64,000 bases of DNA, from contig OZ249436.1 of assembly GCA_965235115.1 (NCBI GenBank), positions 42,286,001-42,350,000 on the forward strand, read 5' to 3'. Each line of letters opens with the position of its first letter. Position 1 is the stretch's first letter. Of the stretch, positions 63,033-64,000 are shown one piece after another. The notes below the pieces were generated by a model, which did no database searches, had not been told where the DNA came from, and saw only the letters and a program-made list of their open reading frames with translations. The DNA is from Laetmonice hystrix (lineage: Eukaryota). The position numbers were made by a program, and so were the translations under genes.

Positions 63033-64000
63033 GTAAGTAACAATGACTCGGCAAAGGATAGCTGTGGTCTAGTGCCTCATTACACCTGCCCGCATCACCA
63101 CTCCTGGGAGTTTTCTTTTTTCCGCCCTGACTTGTGCTTATTTAACCTTATTTAAGATAGTTTATTAACTTTATATTAGCTAATGGGAGCAGTGGAACTA
63201 GAAGACTTGGACAACTTGGAACAAGTTTCCTTGTGTTTGCATATATCAGGATGTTGACAAACAACAGTGCAGATCTACAAGCAATCCAAGAAGATGTAGA
63301 CCACGAGGACATGCTTGATAAATTGGCTACCAGTATCACTCTAGATGAAGCACAACCTGGCCACTTTAAGACCATTGCTGTTTGCTTTCATAGATTCATA
63401 GAGTATTTCAGCGAGGAAAACAGATGGTGTTATGTTTTCCACAAAATTGTGAAATTGTGGTGCTACATTCTTAAAACATGATTTAGGAAGTGGCTTAAGT
63501 ATAGATCTAAGATTTCAGGGTCCTCGAGAGACGGTGTTCTGGACTACACTTACCTGGTACACAGAAAGAGGACAGTTAACTAATTTTAAGAAAATTATCC
63601 TAAAGCTTTAGAATTACATGAAGTTGAGACTACACATCTGAATTTTTGAATTGTCTGCTTTGATTTTGCACTCAGATATATTGGTAGTTTATGGGATATG
63701 GATCTGCACTACACTTACACTACTAGATTTAGGTGGTTCCTAGCAGTAAACCACAGGCCATAGACCGATAGAGTAAGGATTCTGTCTGTCATATTGTGAG
63801 AGCCTACATTGATGCACCCTTGAGTGGCCTTGGCCAACAATGGTGGGATGACCTTGTACAAGTGAAACAACCTTCAGAGAATTCTAGGGGTCATCAAGTA
63901 TAGCGTGGGTCGTGGTCGGGGCTGGTTATGTTGGTATAGCAATCTAACATTGTACATGTGGGCCATGTGGAGGGAGGGTTGGCATGATGCCAGACCGAGT

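Noticed and set aside
63233..63481. 82-aa ORF in a GDH intron
   Set aside because: Does not match the expected next GDH exon (GVFHG...) or any family I recognise.

Overview
Spliceosomal-intron-containing animal genomic DNA, probably from a bilaterian invertebrate; the species cannot be identified from the sequence. (1) Positions <1-22.5 kb, minus strand: one long multi-exon gene that can be spliced in frame by hand. It runs from an N-terminal PR-Set7/SETD8-type SET domain, through a linker encoded by a ~10-kb tandem array of short symmetric phase-1 exons, to a CxxC/zinc-finger region and a tyrosine recombinase with an intact catalytic set. It resembles a Crypton-type element and ends upstream at a (CA)n tract near 22.48 kb. 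A 34-bp dyad-symmetric motif (TTGGGGAC-N18-GTCCCCAA) occurs near that end, once in an intron and about 17 times inside the exon array. (2) A BTB-BACK-Kelch (KLHL) gene with one coding exon at 29.0-30.7 kb (+). (3) A nucleolin-like gene with two RRMs and an RGG tail at 36.1-40.9 kb (-), start unresolved, with a structured RNA-like segment in one intron. (4) The 5' part of mitochondrial glutamate dehydrogenase (47.2 kb to beyond the window end, +), with two tandem 89-nt versions of exon 4 that look mutually exclusive. Introns carry many non-autonomous DNA transposons, several nested. All gene models and family assignments come from manual reading and remembered family motifs, not from database searches.
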